DNA of 64,000 nt from Spirochaetota bacterium (lineage in GTDB: Bacteria > Spirochaetota > UBA6919 > CBDBPB01), in NCBI GenBank assembly GCA_965208615.1, contig CBDBPB010000007.1, forward strand, positions 288,001 to 352,000, in the 5' to 3' direction. Shown here in pieces: positions 49,855 to 60,129 of the stretch (within the stretch, counting starts at the first letter, position 1; each line of letters opens with the position of its first letter). The notes below the pieces were generated by a model, which did no database searches, was not told the DNA's origin, and worked only from the letters and a program-made list of their open reading frames with translations. The translations under genes were made by a program, and so were the position numbers.

Positions 49855-52680
49855 TTACGAATCTAAATATTTACCAGTATATGATGACTTATTAGTAGCT
49901 ATATCTTTAGGACTCCCAGTAGCAACTATATATCCACCTTCATCGCCTCCTTCTGGCCCTAGGTCTATAATGTGATCAGCGATTTTAATTACATCCAAGT
50001 TGTGTTCTATAACCAATACAGTATTACCCTTTTCTACAAACTGATTTAGCACTTTAACTAACTTATTAACATCATCAGCATGCAATCCGGTAGTAGGCTC
50101 GTCTAATAAGTAGAATGTTTTTCCAGTACTACGTTTTGATAGTTCAGTAGCCAGTTTAACACGTTGAGCTTCTCCACCACTTAGAGTTATGGCGCTCTGA
50201 CCAAGTTTAATATATCCTAATCCAACATCGTATAAGGTTTTTAGCTTTTTAGTAATATTAGGTATGTTGTCGAAAAAGTTTATAGCTTGTTCAATGGTAA
50301 GATTAAGAACATCAGATATATTTTTATTTTTGTAATGTATTTCCAAAGTTTCAAGGTTATAGCGTTTTCCTTTGCATATATCACAGGTAACATAAACGTC
50401 GGGTAGAAAGTGCATTTCGATTTTGATAGTTCCATCACCCTGACATGCCTCACATCTACCGCCTTTTATGTTAAAGCTAAATCGTCCTGGTTTATACCCC
50501 TTAACTTTAGAATCAGACAGTCCGGAAAAAAGCTCTCTTATAGGGGTAAACAGACCAGTATAGGTAGCGGGATTACTACGAGGAGTTCTTCCAATAGGGG
50601 ATTGATCAATACTTATCACTTTATCTATATTATTATATCCAGTTATATCTAAATATCCGTCAGACTTTTTCCTTGACCTGCTAAGTTTTTGAATGAGTGC
50701 GGGTGTTAGGATTTCATTAATCAAAGAACTTTTACCTGATCCAGATACCCCAGTTATCACAATGAACTTAGATAAAGGAAAATCTACGTTTATATGTTTT
50801 AAATTATTTTTATGGCAACCTTTTAGTGATATAAACTTATCATTTTCCATTCTTTTTTTAGAGGGAATATTTATAGTAAGCTCCCTATTTAAATATTTCC
50901 CTGTAAGAGAGGCAGTATTTTTTTTTATCTCATCAGGGGAGCCTAATGCAATAACATTACCACCATGAATACCCGCTCCTGGACCAAGATCTACTATGTA
51001 GTCGGCTGAGTGTATTGTTTGTTCATCGTGTTCCACAACAATTAGAGTGTTACCTAGGTGTTTTAGCTGAATGAGAGTATTAATAAGCTGTTGATTATCC
51101 CTTTGATGCAGGCCAATTGTTGGTTCATCAAGTACATATAATACACCAACTAACTGAGAGCCAATTTGAGTTGCAAGACGAATTCTTTGCATTTCGCCTC
51201 CTGATAGCGTACCAGCTTTACGATTTAGTGATATATAGCCTAATCCAACATTGTTTAGAAAGGTTAATCTGTCTATAATCTCCTTTAGTATTTTTTCTGA
51301 TATCGCTTTATGGCTATCTGGAAAAGCAAGAGACTTAAAAAAATTAAGAGCCTTTTTAACAGAAAAAATAGTAATATCAATAATAGACTTATTAGAAATA
51401 GTAACAGCTATAGCTTCACTACGTAGCCTTGTACCATTACAGGCTGTGCAAAAAACGCTTTTCATAAACTTTTGATAATGATCTTTGGCATAATTACTAT
51501 CAGTCTCTCTATGGCGTCTTGCTACCATAGGTATAACTCCTTCAAACTTGGTTCTACCTTTATAAGCGGTTTTTCCATCCTTGCTATTATAAGAGATATA
51601 TAGTTCTTTATTACCTGATCCGTATAATATAATGTCGAGTATTTTTTTATCCAGATTTTTTATAGGTGTATCAAGGTCAAAGTTATATGCCCTAGCTAGA
51701 GCAGTGAATTGAGTCATATACCACTTAGAGCCACTTATAGAGCCAATAGATTTAATAGCACCCTCAGCAATAGATAGGGAGTGGTCTGGTATTATAAGAT
51801 CAGGGTCAAGTTCAATCTTATCCCCTATTCCATGGCATTCAGGACAAGCTCCATGGGGTGAATTAAAAGAGAAAAAGTTTGGTTGTATTTCTGGTATACT
51901 AATATCACACTTTAGGCATGCCATATGTTCGGAAAAGAGTTTTTCTTTTTCGGTTTTATCATTGGTATATACAATACTAACCAGGCCGTCAGATAGGGAT
52001 AGGGCAGTTTCTAATGAGTCTGCAAGTCTTTCACGAATACCGTCTTTTATAATTAACCTATCAACAACCACTTCAAGATTATGCTTTTTATTTTTGTCAA
52101 TGGTAATAGGCTTATCAATGGAGTGGATAACGTTATCCAGCCTAATTCTAATGAAGCCATCCCTTTTGATTTTATCTATATCTTTTTTAAACTCGCCTTT
52201 TCTGCCTTTGACTATCGGACTCAAAACTTGGATTTTTGTACCCTCTTTGAGAGAGGTAATAACATGGATTATTTGGTCTATGGATTGTGGTTTAACAACG
52301 TCACCGCATTTTGGACAATGTGGAGTTCCACAACGGGCAAAGAGGAGTCTTAAATAATCATATATTTCTGTTATTGTTCCCACAGTACTTCTTGGATTAC
52401 GATGGCTAGCCTTTTGTTCTATGGATATTGCAGGGGAAAGACCAGAAATATAGTCTATATCTGGTTTTTCCATTTGTCCTAAGAATTGTCTGGCATAGGC
52501 ACTTAGCGATTCGACATATCGTCTTTGTCCTTCGGCATATATAGTATCAAAGGCTAAAGAGGACTTCCCAGAGCCAGATGGACCAGTTATTACAATAAAG
52601 TTATTCCGCGGTAATTTAAGGTTAATATTTTTTAGATTATGCTCTCTTGCTCCTTTTATGATAATGTGGTTTGAAGACAA
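49855..52680 (-). CDS. uvrA: Excinuclease ABC subunit A
   Basis: Two GxSGSGKS P-loops, zinc fingers, LSGGE. Confidence 0.98.
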   Translation of the reverse strand: MSSNHIIIKGAREHNLKNINLKLPRNNFIVITGPSGSGKSSLAFDTIYAEGQRRYVESLSAYARQFLGQMEKPDIDYISGLSPAISIEQKASHRNPRSTVGTITEIYDYLRLLFARCGTPHCPKCGDVVKPQSIDQIIHVITSLKEGTKIQVLSPIVKGRKGEFKKDIDKIKRDGFIRIRLDNVIHSIDKPITIDKNKKHNLEVVVDRLIIKDGIRERLADSLETALSLSDGLVSIVYTNDKTEKEKLFSEHMACLKCDISIPEIQPNFFSFNSPHGACPECHGIGDKIELDPDLIIPDHSLSIAEGAIKSIGSISGSKWYMTQFTALARAYNFDLDTPIKNLDKKILDIILYGSGNKELYISYNSKDGKTAYKGRTKFEGVIPMVARRHRETDSNYAKDHYQKFMKSVFCTACNGTRLRSEAIAVTISNKSIIDITIFSVKKALNFFKSLAFPDSHKAISEKILKEIIDRLTFLNNVGLGYISLNRKAGTLSGGEMQRIRLATQIGSQLVGVLYVLDEPTIGLHQRDNQQLINTLIQLKHLGNTLIVVEHDEQTIHSADYIVDLGPGAGIHGGNVIALGSPDEIKKNTASLTGKYLNRELTINIPSKKRMENDKFISLKGCHKNNLKHINVDFPLSKFIVITGVSGSGKSSLINEILTPALIQKLSRSRKKSDGYLDITGYNNIDKVISIDQSPIGRTPRSNPATYTGLFTPIRELFSGLSDSKVKGYKPGRFSFNIKGGRCEACQGDGTIKIEMHFLPDVYVTCDICKGKRYNLETLEIHYKNKNISDVLNLTIEQAINFFDNIPNITKKLKTLYDVGLGYIKLGQSAITLSGGEAQRVKLATELSKRSTGKTFYLLDEPTTGLHADDVNKLVKVLNQFVEKGNTVLVIEHNLDVIKIADHIIDLGPEGGDEGGYIVATGSPKDIATNKSSYTGKYLDS

Positions 52681-52943
52681 TAGTTATACCTCTAATTTAT
52701 GCTAAATTAATAATAATTAAAACCGATATAAAGTCAATAGTTTAGTTGTCATATATCTTTGTATAGTTTGGAGTAAAGCCATTTATTAATGGCATTTAAC
52801 AGTATTATTTATGTTAGTTATTATTGACTAGTTATGATTTATGGATTTATATATTCCATCTTCATAAAAAATTGTTATGCTTCGGTAAAAAAAAGTATTA
52901 AATTAGTTAAGAATTTCCATATTTTAATTGTTATTATAATATA

Positions 52944-53981
52944 ATGAATAATCAAATTGATTTGCCATATTATCTTTATCTAAGCAGAATAAAAGGGCTG
53001 GGGCCTATAAAGTTTAACCGTATTTTAAAGGACAATAAAGCTCTTGAAATAGATATTAAAACTTTTTGTAAAATGATGGCTAATGGTAACGCTAAGGGAT
53101 ATAGCTATTTAAGCGAAGGTATAAAAAAGGATATAGCTAAATATGATAGCTATCTTTATGAAGAACAACAAGTAATAGATAATCTTAATAAAGAGTCAGT
53201 TTTTATAATTACTATTTTGGATAAACGTTATCCTAATTATCTTAGGATTAGTTTAGGATTATCAGCTCCGCCTATCCTTTATGTAAAAGGGAATATATCA
53301 CTATTGAAGAGAAAACAGATAGCTATTGTGGGGAGTAGAAAACATTCCAAGCTGGGAGGTGAGATATCATCTTTTGCCAGTAGGATTTTTACTTCATATA
53401 AATTTGTTATAACCAGCGGTAATGCTGATGGAATAGATAAACTTGCCCATTATTCTTGTTTAGAACACGGTGGATCAACTATTTTTGTTATTGGAAGTGG
53501 TATTCTACAATACTTAGAAGAGTTATACCTAAATGCTTTGTCTAAGAACATCCTTATAATATCTGAATTTTATCCTACTGCCAAATGTTATAAAGGTTAT
53601 CTTATGGCGAGGAATAAAACTATTTGTGGATTATCAAAGGCAGTTTTAGTTGTTGAAGCCTATGCTAATGGGGGAGCTTTTTATACAGGTAGCTATTCTC
53701 TTATGATGAATAAGCCAACTTTTGTAGTTGATTATTATAAGCGAGATATTTGTTATATGGGCAATAAAAGCCTTATTGACAAAGGAGCAACTTCTATAAC
53801 TTATAATAACATAAGTCAGATTTCAAATCAGCTCCATAGTGTAATCCAGGGTATTGTTAGTCTTAAGAAGTCTATAGAGCAGTATGAGTTTTTTACTGGG
53901 ATTAGTGATATAATTAAGTGGTATTTTAAAAATGATAGGCCTTTTCCTGTATTATCCTATGACATATTAAATAAGCTATAG
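52944..53981 (+). CDS. dprA: DNA-processing protein DprA
   Basis: PPILYVKG, AIVGSR, SGNADGID, ARNKTICGLS. Confidence 0.88.
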   Translation: MNNQIDLPYYLYLSRIKGLGPIKFNRILKDNKALEIDIKTFCKMMANGNAKGYSYLSEGIKKDIAKYDSYLYEEQQVIDNLNKESVFIITILDKRYPNYLRISLGLSAPPILYVKGNISLLKRKQIAIVGSRKHSKLGGEISSFASRIFTSYKFVITSGNADGIDKLAHYSCLEHGGSTIFVIGSGILQYLEELYLNALSKNILIISEFYPTAKCYKGYLMARNKTICGLSKAVLVVEAYANGGAFYTGSYSLMMNKPTFVVDYYKRDICYMGNKSLIDKGATSITYNNISQISNQLHSVIQGIVSLKKSIEQYEFFTGISDIIKWYFKNDRPFPVLSYDILNKL

Positions 53982-53985
53982 CAAT

Positions 53986-55050
53986 ATGAGGATTGTTCAA
54001 GTTATTACGCCCACTAGGGTATCTGGAGCAGAACGTTATATTCTTTTTTTATGTGAAGAGCTTATTAAAAGGGGTCATGACGTTACTGTGGTAGTAGAAA
54101 AGGGACAAAGGCTAATTGACTATTTAAAAAACCGTTTAAAAGTAGTTCCTCTTAGGATAGAGGGTAAGGCTAATGTTTTAGGTTATTTGAGGTTAAAAAA
54201 GCTTATTCATGTTTTAAGTCCTTCGATTATCCATACTCATTTAACAACTGCATCTTTTTTTGGAGGCTTAGTAGGTAAGGGTTTAAACATACCTGTGATA
54301 TCCACTGTTCATGCGATTAACTCTAAATGGCCTTATATTATGGCTGATAGGATGATTGCAGTATCAAATGCTGTGGGAAGGGATCTACTTAATCAAGGTA
54401 TTCCGGCTTATAAGCTGAGGATAAATCTTAATGGTATTCCTTTATCTCTTAAAAAGCTTAGCAGTGTTAGCAAGGATAAGCTAAAAGGCCTTTGGAACAT
54501 TCCTATAAGCAATTTTGTAATTGGGGTAGTAGCTCATTTTAGTCATAAGAAGGGTCATATTTATCTTTTTAGGGCATTATCCCTTTTGAAAAATAAGAAC
54601 ATAACTCTTTTTTTATTGGGAGAGGGTAGTCTTAAAAGCTCTCTTAAAAAGGTATGCCATAAACTATCTATAACAGAGCAGGTTATATTTGCTGATTTTC
54701 AGGATGATGTTAATAAGTTTTATAATCTATTTGACATAGTTGTTTTACCATCTATAAAGGGTGAGGGATTACCTTTATCAATTTTAGAGGCTCAAAATAA
54801 CGGTATTCCTGTAATATCGTCTTCTATTTCTGGTATATCTGAGGTTATTACATCTGGTAAGAATGGATATCTTGTTCCTCCTAAGGATGTTAGGAGTCTT
54901 AGTCATAGGATTAATAGTTTAATACATAATAACTCGACTAGAGAAAAGATGGGTCAAATAGGGCATAAAATAGTTTATGATAAGTTTGCTATTAATAGAA
55001 ATACAGATACTGTATTAGATATTTATAGGGAACTGGCTAAGGATATATAA
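53986..55050 (+). CDS. GT4 glycosyltransferase
   Basis: SGAER, KGH, EGLPLSILEA. Confidence 0.9.
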   Translation: MRIVQVITPTRVSGAERYILFLCEELIKRGHDVTVVVEKGQRLIDYLKNRLKVVPLRIEGKANVLGYLRLKKLIHVLSPSIIHTHLTTASFFGGLVGKGLNIPVISTVHAINSKWPYIMADRMIAVSNAVGRDLLNQGIPAYKLRINLNGIPLSLKKLSSVSKDKLKGLWNIPISNFVIGVVAHFSHKKGHIYLFRALSLLKNKNITLFLLGEGSLKSSLKKVCHKLSITEQVIFADFQDDVNKFYNLFDIVVLPSIKGEGLPLSILEAQNNGIPVISSSISGISEVITSGKNGYLVPPKDVRSLSHRINSLIHNNSTREKMGQIGHKIVYDKFAINRNTDTVLDIYRELAKDI

Positions 55051-55059
55051 AAGGCTGTA

Positions 55060-56145
55060 CTATTTAACCTTAGATGGGATAAACGGGAGTTTAGTAGTTT
55101 TAGCACTATACATTTTTCCCCTAACGTTTATGTATATATCATTATCTATTTTAGCCTGTTCTTTATTTATTATACATAATCCTATACCTTTGTTTAGAGG
55201 AGGAGAAAAGCCTCCACTGGTTACTTTTCCAATAACCTTATCATTTTTTAATATTTCATATCCCCTTCGCGGTATGCCTATAGAACTCATAATAAAAGCA
55301 TAGGATTTCTTATTTATACCGGTTTCTTTTTGTTTTATTAGTATATCTTTTCCTATAAAGTCTTTGTCAAAGGATACACACCAAGTTTTACCCAATTCAA
55401 TAGGGCTATATCCATTTAGCTCATTGCTATATAGAGGGTATCCCATTTCTAGTCTTAGTATATCTCTGGAGGCTAGTCCACAGGGCATTATACCTAGTTC
55501 GGCACCTTCTAATAATATTCTATCCCAAATTATATTATTTAGTTTGCTGTCAAAGAGTAGTTCAACGCCTTTTTCTCCTGTATACCCTGTTCTGGATAGG
55601 ATAAGTTCACTATCCTTAAAATCTGTTTTTATGAAGGAGTAGTATTTAATATTTTTAATATTGTTTGGGAATAGTTTTTGACATAGATCAAAAGATTTGG
55701 GTCCTTGTAGTGCCAGAAAGCCTAATTTATTTGATATATCTTCAACCTGAATGTTATAATTTTGCTTGTGATTATTTATATGTTCTATTAGCTTGTCTGA
55801 CTGACCAGCATTCACTATTAATATGATTTTGTCTTTTAATAGATATACTAAAAGATCGTCTAGTATATAGCCTTTATTATCGCAGATAAAGGTATATAAT
55901 ATATCCCCGAAGTTTATTTTATTTAGGTTATTAGTAATTAGGTAGTCTGTAAATATTTTTTTATCTTGCCCGGTTATTATTATTTGTCCCATATGGTTAA
56001 TATCGAAAAGTCCGAGTCTTTCTCGTACAGCAGTATATTCTTCCATAATGCTTTTATACCATAAGGGCATTTTAAAGTCGGCAAATTCAGTCATTTTTGC
56101 GTTAAGATTTTTATGTTTTTTATATAAGGGAGTTTCTTTTGACAT
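55060..56145 (-). CDS. gcvT: Glycine cleavage aminomethyltransferase T
   Basis: FDINHMG, ALQGP, RTGYTGE, LRLEMG. Confidence 0.95.
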   Translation of the reverse strand: MSKETPLYKKHKNLNAKMTEFADFKMPLWYKSIMEEYTAVRERLGLFDINHMGQIIITGQDKKIFTDYLITNNLNKINFGDILYTFICDNKGYILDDLLVYLLKDKIILIVNAGQSDKLIEHINNHKQNYNIQVEDISNKLGFLALQGPKSFDLCQKLFPNNIKNIKYYSFIKTDFKDSELILSRTGYTGEKGVELLFDSKLNNIIWDRILLEGAELGIMPCGLASRDILRLEMGYPLYSNELNGYSPIELGKTWCVSFDKDFIGKDILIKQKETGINKKSYAFIMSSIGIPRRGYEILKNDKVIGKVTSGGFSPPLNKGIGLCIINKEQAKIDNDIYINVRGKMYSAKTTKLPFIPSKVK

Positions 56146-56177
56146 ATATTAGTTCTCCTATTGGTGTTGGCAAAAAG

Positions 56178-57254
56178 TTATTTTTTATCATATACTGTAT
56201 CACCTTCAATATTTGTATAGCCCCATAAATAATCTCTATTATTCATAGGATCATACTCTTTTTGTGATAATAAAAATGTCATATATAGGTTTTCGTAGTG
56301 AGTTCCTTTGGGAGGTTTTATGTTGAACATTTTAATCATTTTTTTAAAGGTTAATTTAACTGCATTATACTCCGGAGGTTTACCGGAGAATACAAACTTA
56401 AAGTTTTTTATTTTACCCTTTGGACTAACATCAAACCTAACCCTTACTGGAATTGAACCAGGTTTATAGCTACCTGAGAAAATAGACTTAATCGGATGCT
56501 GACCGTATGTATAGAACCAAGTAGTAGATATTTCATAAAACAGTTTGCTTATGTATTCGTAGCTAGTGAACTTATCAAAACTTTTTAATAGTAGATTTTG
56601 TTGATTTTCTGTATTAAGTTTTTGTTTAAAGTTAAAGTATTCACGTTTTTTACTGTGTAGATGGTTTTCAGAGCCTTTTTTATGTAGCATTTTCAGGTTG
56701 GTATTATCATTAATTCCTTTTAGTTTTTTAAAGTTTTCAAAGGTATTAGGTGGTTTGTCAATTAGCTTTGTTATAGGGTCATTTAGTATATTATTAGTTA
56801 TTTCATTATTAGGGATTTTAGTATTTTTTTTATTGACGGGGTATTTTTTAGTATTACTTTTAGGGTTTATGTTCTTTGTATTTTTAGGTTTAGTTGGGGG
56901 ATCTATTTTCTTTAGTCTTTTGTTATTGGGATTACTATGTATTTTTGTATTGTTTTGTTGTTTGGAATATAGTTTAGCTATATTATTATACTCTAGATCA
57001 TCTATGGTATTAACAACTATAGGGGTATTTGTTATATATTTTATTGGTATATTAGGGTTTATATAGGCAAAGAAAAAAAGGTGAATTACAACGGATAGGC
57101 CGGCATAAAATCTAAACTTTTTATTTTCTTTGAATAAAGATATAAGCCATATAAATATTAATATAAGCAGGACTAATACTATTACAACAAGGCTACTAAA
57201 TACTATATAATTAGTTAGGCTTAGTAACAGATTTTCTAAATAGTTCACTAACAA
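56178..57254 (-). CDS. Hypothetical membrane-anchored protein, TonB/TolA-like layout
   Basis: TM helices with SVVIH, K/N/P-rich linker, C-terminal VRFDVSPKGKI. Confidence 0.5.
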   Translation of the reverse strand: MLVNYLENLLLSLTNYIVFSSLVVIVLVLLILIFIWLISLFKENKKFRFYAGLSVVIHLFFFAYINPNIPIKYITNTPIVVNTIDDLEYNNIAKLYSKQQNNTKIHSNPNNKRLKKIDPPTKPKNTKNINPKSNTKKYPVNKKNTKIPNNEITNNILNDPITKLIDKPPNTFENFKKLKGINDNTNLKMLHKKGSENHLHSKKREYFNFKQKLNTENQQNLLLKSFDKFTSYEYISKLFYEISTTWFYTYGQHPIKSIFSGSYKPGSIPVRVRFDVSPKGKIKNFKFVFSGKPPEYNAVKLTFKKMIKMFNIKPPKGTHYENLYMTFLLSQKEYDPMNNRDYLWGYTNIEGDTVYDKK

Positions 57255-57378
57255 GGTTCCGATAAATAGGGTTAATATATAAGTTAAAAATAAAAGTTGT
57301 TTTTATAAAATATAGTGTTATTTGTTGGTTAATCAAGTACATTTACTATTTGTAAAGCGGATTTAATAAAGGGGATAT

Positions 57379-58005
57379 ATGAAAAAAACAGCTATAATAC
57401 TGATCACAATAGTTTTAATAATTAGTTATTATACTATTACAAGTTCCTCTAAGACTAAAGATCAAATGTATAAAAAAAATATAATAAACATATTAGAGTT
57501 AGCTAATAAGCATGTGGGGAAAAAGTTTAAGAGGTTCAAGCATAAAAATAGGTATTTTAGAAGTGATTGTTCTGGATTTATACAGTTTCTTTTTGGCACA
57601 CAAAATATTATAATAAGTGATTCTAGTATACCTTTAAAGTTTGGAAGCCAGACTGAGGGTATTTATTTATTTTCTAAGGCCTATTATCGTATACATAAAA
57701 ATAAGATTCCTAAAAAAGGTGATTTAATTTTCTTTCATAATACTTTTGACAGAAATAATGATAATAAGGTTAATGATTTGTTCACTCATATTGCCATTGT
57801 AGACTATATTAATTCTGATGGGACAATATATTATATACATAACATTAACAAAAGGATAGGGGTAAAAAGGGATAGGATGAACTTAATCTACCCCAATAGC
57901 AGGGCTAAAAACAGTTATATTAGGAATAGGAAGGCATATCCACATTATGCTGGTAAATATCTTAGTGGACAGTTATTTGCATTATTTGCTACTGTAAGGC
58001 CTTAA
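57379..58005 (+). CDS. NlpC/P60-family peptidase
   Basis: DCSGF, GDLIFF, THIAI. Confidence 0.85.
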   Translation: MKKTAIILITIVLIISYYTITSSSKTKDQMYKKNIINILELANKHVGKKFKRFKHKNRYFRSDCSGFIQFLFGTQNIIISDSSIPLKFGSQTEGIYLFSKAYYRIHKNKIPKKGDLIFFHNTFDRNNDNKVNDLFTHIAIVDYINSDGTIYYIHNINKRIGVKRDRMNLIYPNSRAKNSYIRNRKAYPHYAGKYLSGQLFALFATVRP

Positions 58006-58014
58006 ACTAATGTA

Positions 58015-59190
58015 TTAGGTAGTTTTATGTATTTTATATTCCGTTATAATTTTTAGGTATAGTTCTTTTAGTGGTATTTTATTAGCCTTTGATAACACTT
58101 TTAACTCTTCATATTCGGGTTTATAGTTTACTATACTATTATTAAAATAGCTTTCTTTTATTGTTATTTGTCCAAAGGAGCTGTTAAATATTATATTTTC
58201 ACGTTTAAGTTCGTTTCTTTCAACGTGGATTTTTTTAAGTCCTATGCTAGACGTTTCAGTGTATAGTATTTCTATAACTTTATCCTCTAGATAAGGCTCA
58301 AGCAAAACAGAAAGTTTAATACCGCTTCTACCTTTTTTCATTGTAATGGGGTTAGTAAAGAATTCAAGAACGCCAATCTCAGTAAGCTTATCAGAGGTAA
58401 ATCCTATAACCTCAGGGCTCATATCATCAATATTACTTTCTATTAGCAGGAGGTTTTTTTTTATATTGGATTTATAATATTTTTCTCCTAGTACTATTCT
58501 TAGGATGTTAGCCAGCTCTCTTTTGATAGACCCTGCACCATAGCCTATTTTTTTAACTTTTATAGACGGATAATCTCCAACATTATTAACCCATGATTTA
58601 AGTATAGCCGCGGCAGTAGGAGTAATAAGCTCACCTTCTATATTAACCCCATAACACGGAAAGTCTTTTAGTATTTCAAGGCTTGCTGGAGCAGGTAAAG
58701 GAAGTTTACCATGACTAGAGTTTATAAAACCTCTGGAAAGGGGTAGGGGAGAGCATATAATTTTGGATAAGTTTAATGAATATAGGGCTAAAGTGGAGCC
58801 TACTATATCAATGATGGAGTCTATGGCTCCTACTTCGTGGAAGTGTATGTTATTTTTAGTGGTACCGTGTATTTTAGCTTCTGCTGATGCAAGTATGTTA
58901 AAAATATCGCTAGACTTATTTTTTACAAAGGGATTTAAATTCGATTTGTTAATAATGTTCAAAATGGAAGATAAATTTCTGTTATGACAATTGGTTTTGT
59001 ATGTTATATTAATCTTCCCGCTTTCGATGGTATTAACTTTTATAAGGGAGTAGTTAATTTTATAGTCATCAAGAGATAGTTTTTTTAATTCTTTTTTTAT
59101 CCAGTCGATATCTACTCCAAGGTGTATGAGTCCGCTTAGAATCATATCACCGCCTGCACCAGAAAAGGCATCAAAATATATAATAGACAT
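58015..59190 (-). CDS. larC: Nickel pincer cofactor Ni-insertase LarC
   Basis: SGAGGDM, HFHEVG, NIDD, MKKGR, PEYE. Confidence 0.92.
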   Translation of the reverse strand: MSIIYFDAFSGAGGDMILSGLIHLGVDIDWIKKELKKLSLDDYKINYSLIKVNTIESGKINITYKTNCHNRNLSSILNIINKSNLNPFVKNKSSDIFNILASAEAKIHGTTKNNIHFHEVGAIDSIIDIVGSTLALYSLNLSKIICSPLPLSRGFINSSHGKLPLPAPASLEILKDFPCYGVNIEGELITPTAAAILKSWVNNVGDYPSIKVKKIGYGAGSIKRELANILRIVLGEKYYKSNIKKNLLLIESNIDDMSPEVIGFTSDKLTEIGVLEFFTNPITMKKGRSGIKLSVLLEPYLEDKVIEILYTETSSIGLKKIHVERNELKRENIIFNSSFGQITIKESYFNNSIVNYKPEYEELKVLSKANKIPLKELYLKIITEYKIHKTT

Positions 59191-59373
59191 ATTGCACCAG
59201 TTTAGATTTCTTTATTTTTTTGATTAAGTTTATTTATAAGAGATAGAACGAAAGTTAACAAATTATATATTTATTAAAAAGGCTTATTTGTTTTATTATT
59301 TATAGTATCTATTTCAAATTGACAAAATTTATCATTTTCAATTTTTTAATATTTAGCCCAATATTATAGTAAT

Positions 59374-60126
59374 CTATCCCATACCTTTGCAAATGGCAGA
59401 AGCCGAATATGCCGCACCAAAACCATTATCAATATTCACAGTGAGAACTGTAGGACTACAACTATTTAGCATGGTCAGTAGTGCAGATAATCCACCAAAG
59501 TTAGCCCCATAACCTATGCTGGTAGGAACAGCTATAACAGGTTTATTTACTAATCCTGCGACTACACTGGCTAAGGCACCTTCCATACCGGCTACTACAA
59601 TTATAACACTTGCCTTATCCAAAAGCTTTTTTTTGTCTAATAGTCTATGTATTCCGGCAACTCCAACGTCAATAAGCTTGGTAACAGTATTCCCAAGGAT
59701 ATTGGCGGTAACAAAAGCCTCTTCCACTACGGGTAAGTCAGCAGTTCCAGCGGATACAATGAGAATCATAGCTTTATTTTTTTTAATGGGATTTAGCTCT
59801 AGAGTACACATTTTAGCTGTTTCATGGTGGATAAATCGTGAATCTAATTGGATTAGACTTTTAGCAGTCTTTTTTGTAATTCTCGTTGCAATTATATTAC
59901 TGGATTTTTGCAAAAAAGTTTTTGCAATATTGACTACTTGCTCATCTTTTTTACCTTTACAGTAAATAACCTCTGGTAGGCCTGTTCTTAATTCTCTATG
60001 ATGGTCGATTTTTGCATAGCCAATATCCTCATACGGCAGGTTCTTTAAAAGGCTAACTCCCGCTTCAACAGACAGAGACTTAGAACTAATAGAGTTTAGG
60101 ATATCTCTTAGCCGAGATTCATTCAT
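59374..60126 (-). CDS. larB: Nickel pincer cofactor biosynthesis protein LarB
   Basis: DHHR..RTG.PEV, AGTAD, DVGVAG, AGMEG, PTSIGYG, VNIDNGFGA. Confidence 0.93.
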   Translation of the reverse strand: MNESRLRDILNSISSKSLSVEAGVSLLKNLPYEDIGYAKIDHHRELRTGLPEVIYCKGKKDEQVVNIAKTFLQKSSNIIATRITKKTAKSLIQLDSRFIHHETAKMCTLELNPIKKNKAMILIVSAGTADLPVVEEAFVTANILGNTVTKLIDVGVAGIHRLLDKKKLLDKASVIIVVAGMEGALASVVAGLVNKPVIAVPTSIGYGANFGGLSALLTMLNSCSPTVLTVNIDNGFGAAYSASAICKGMG

Positions 60127-60129
60127 AAT

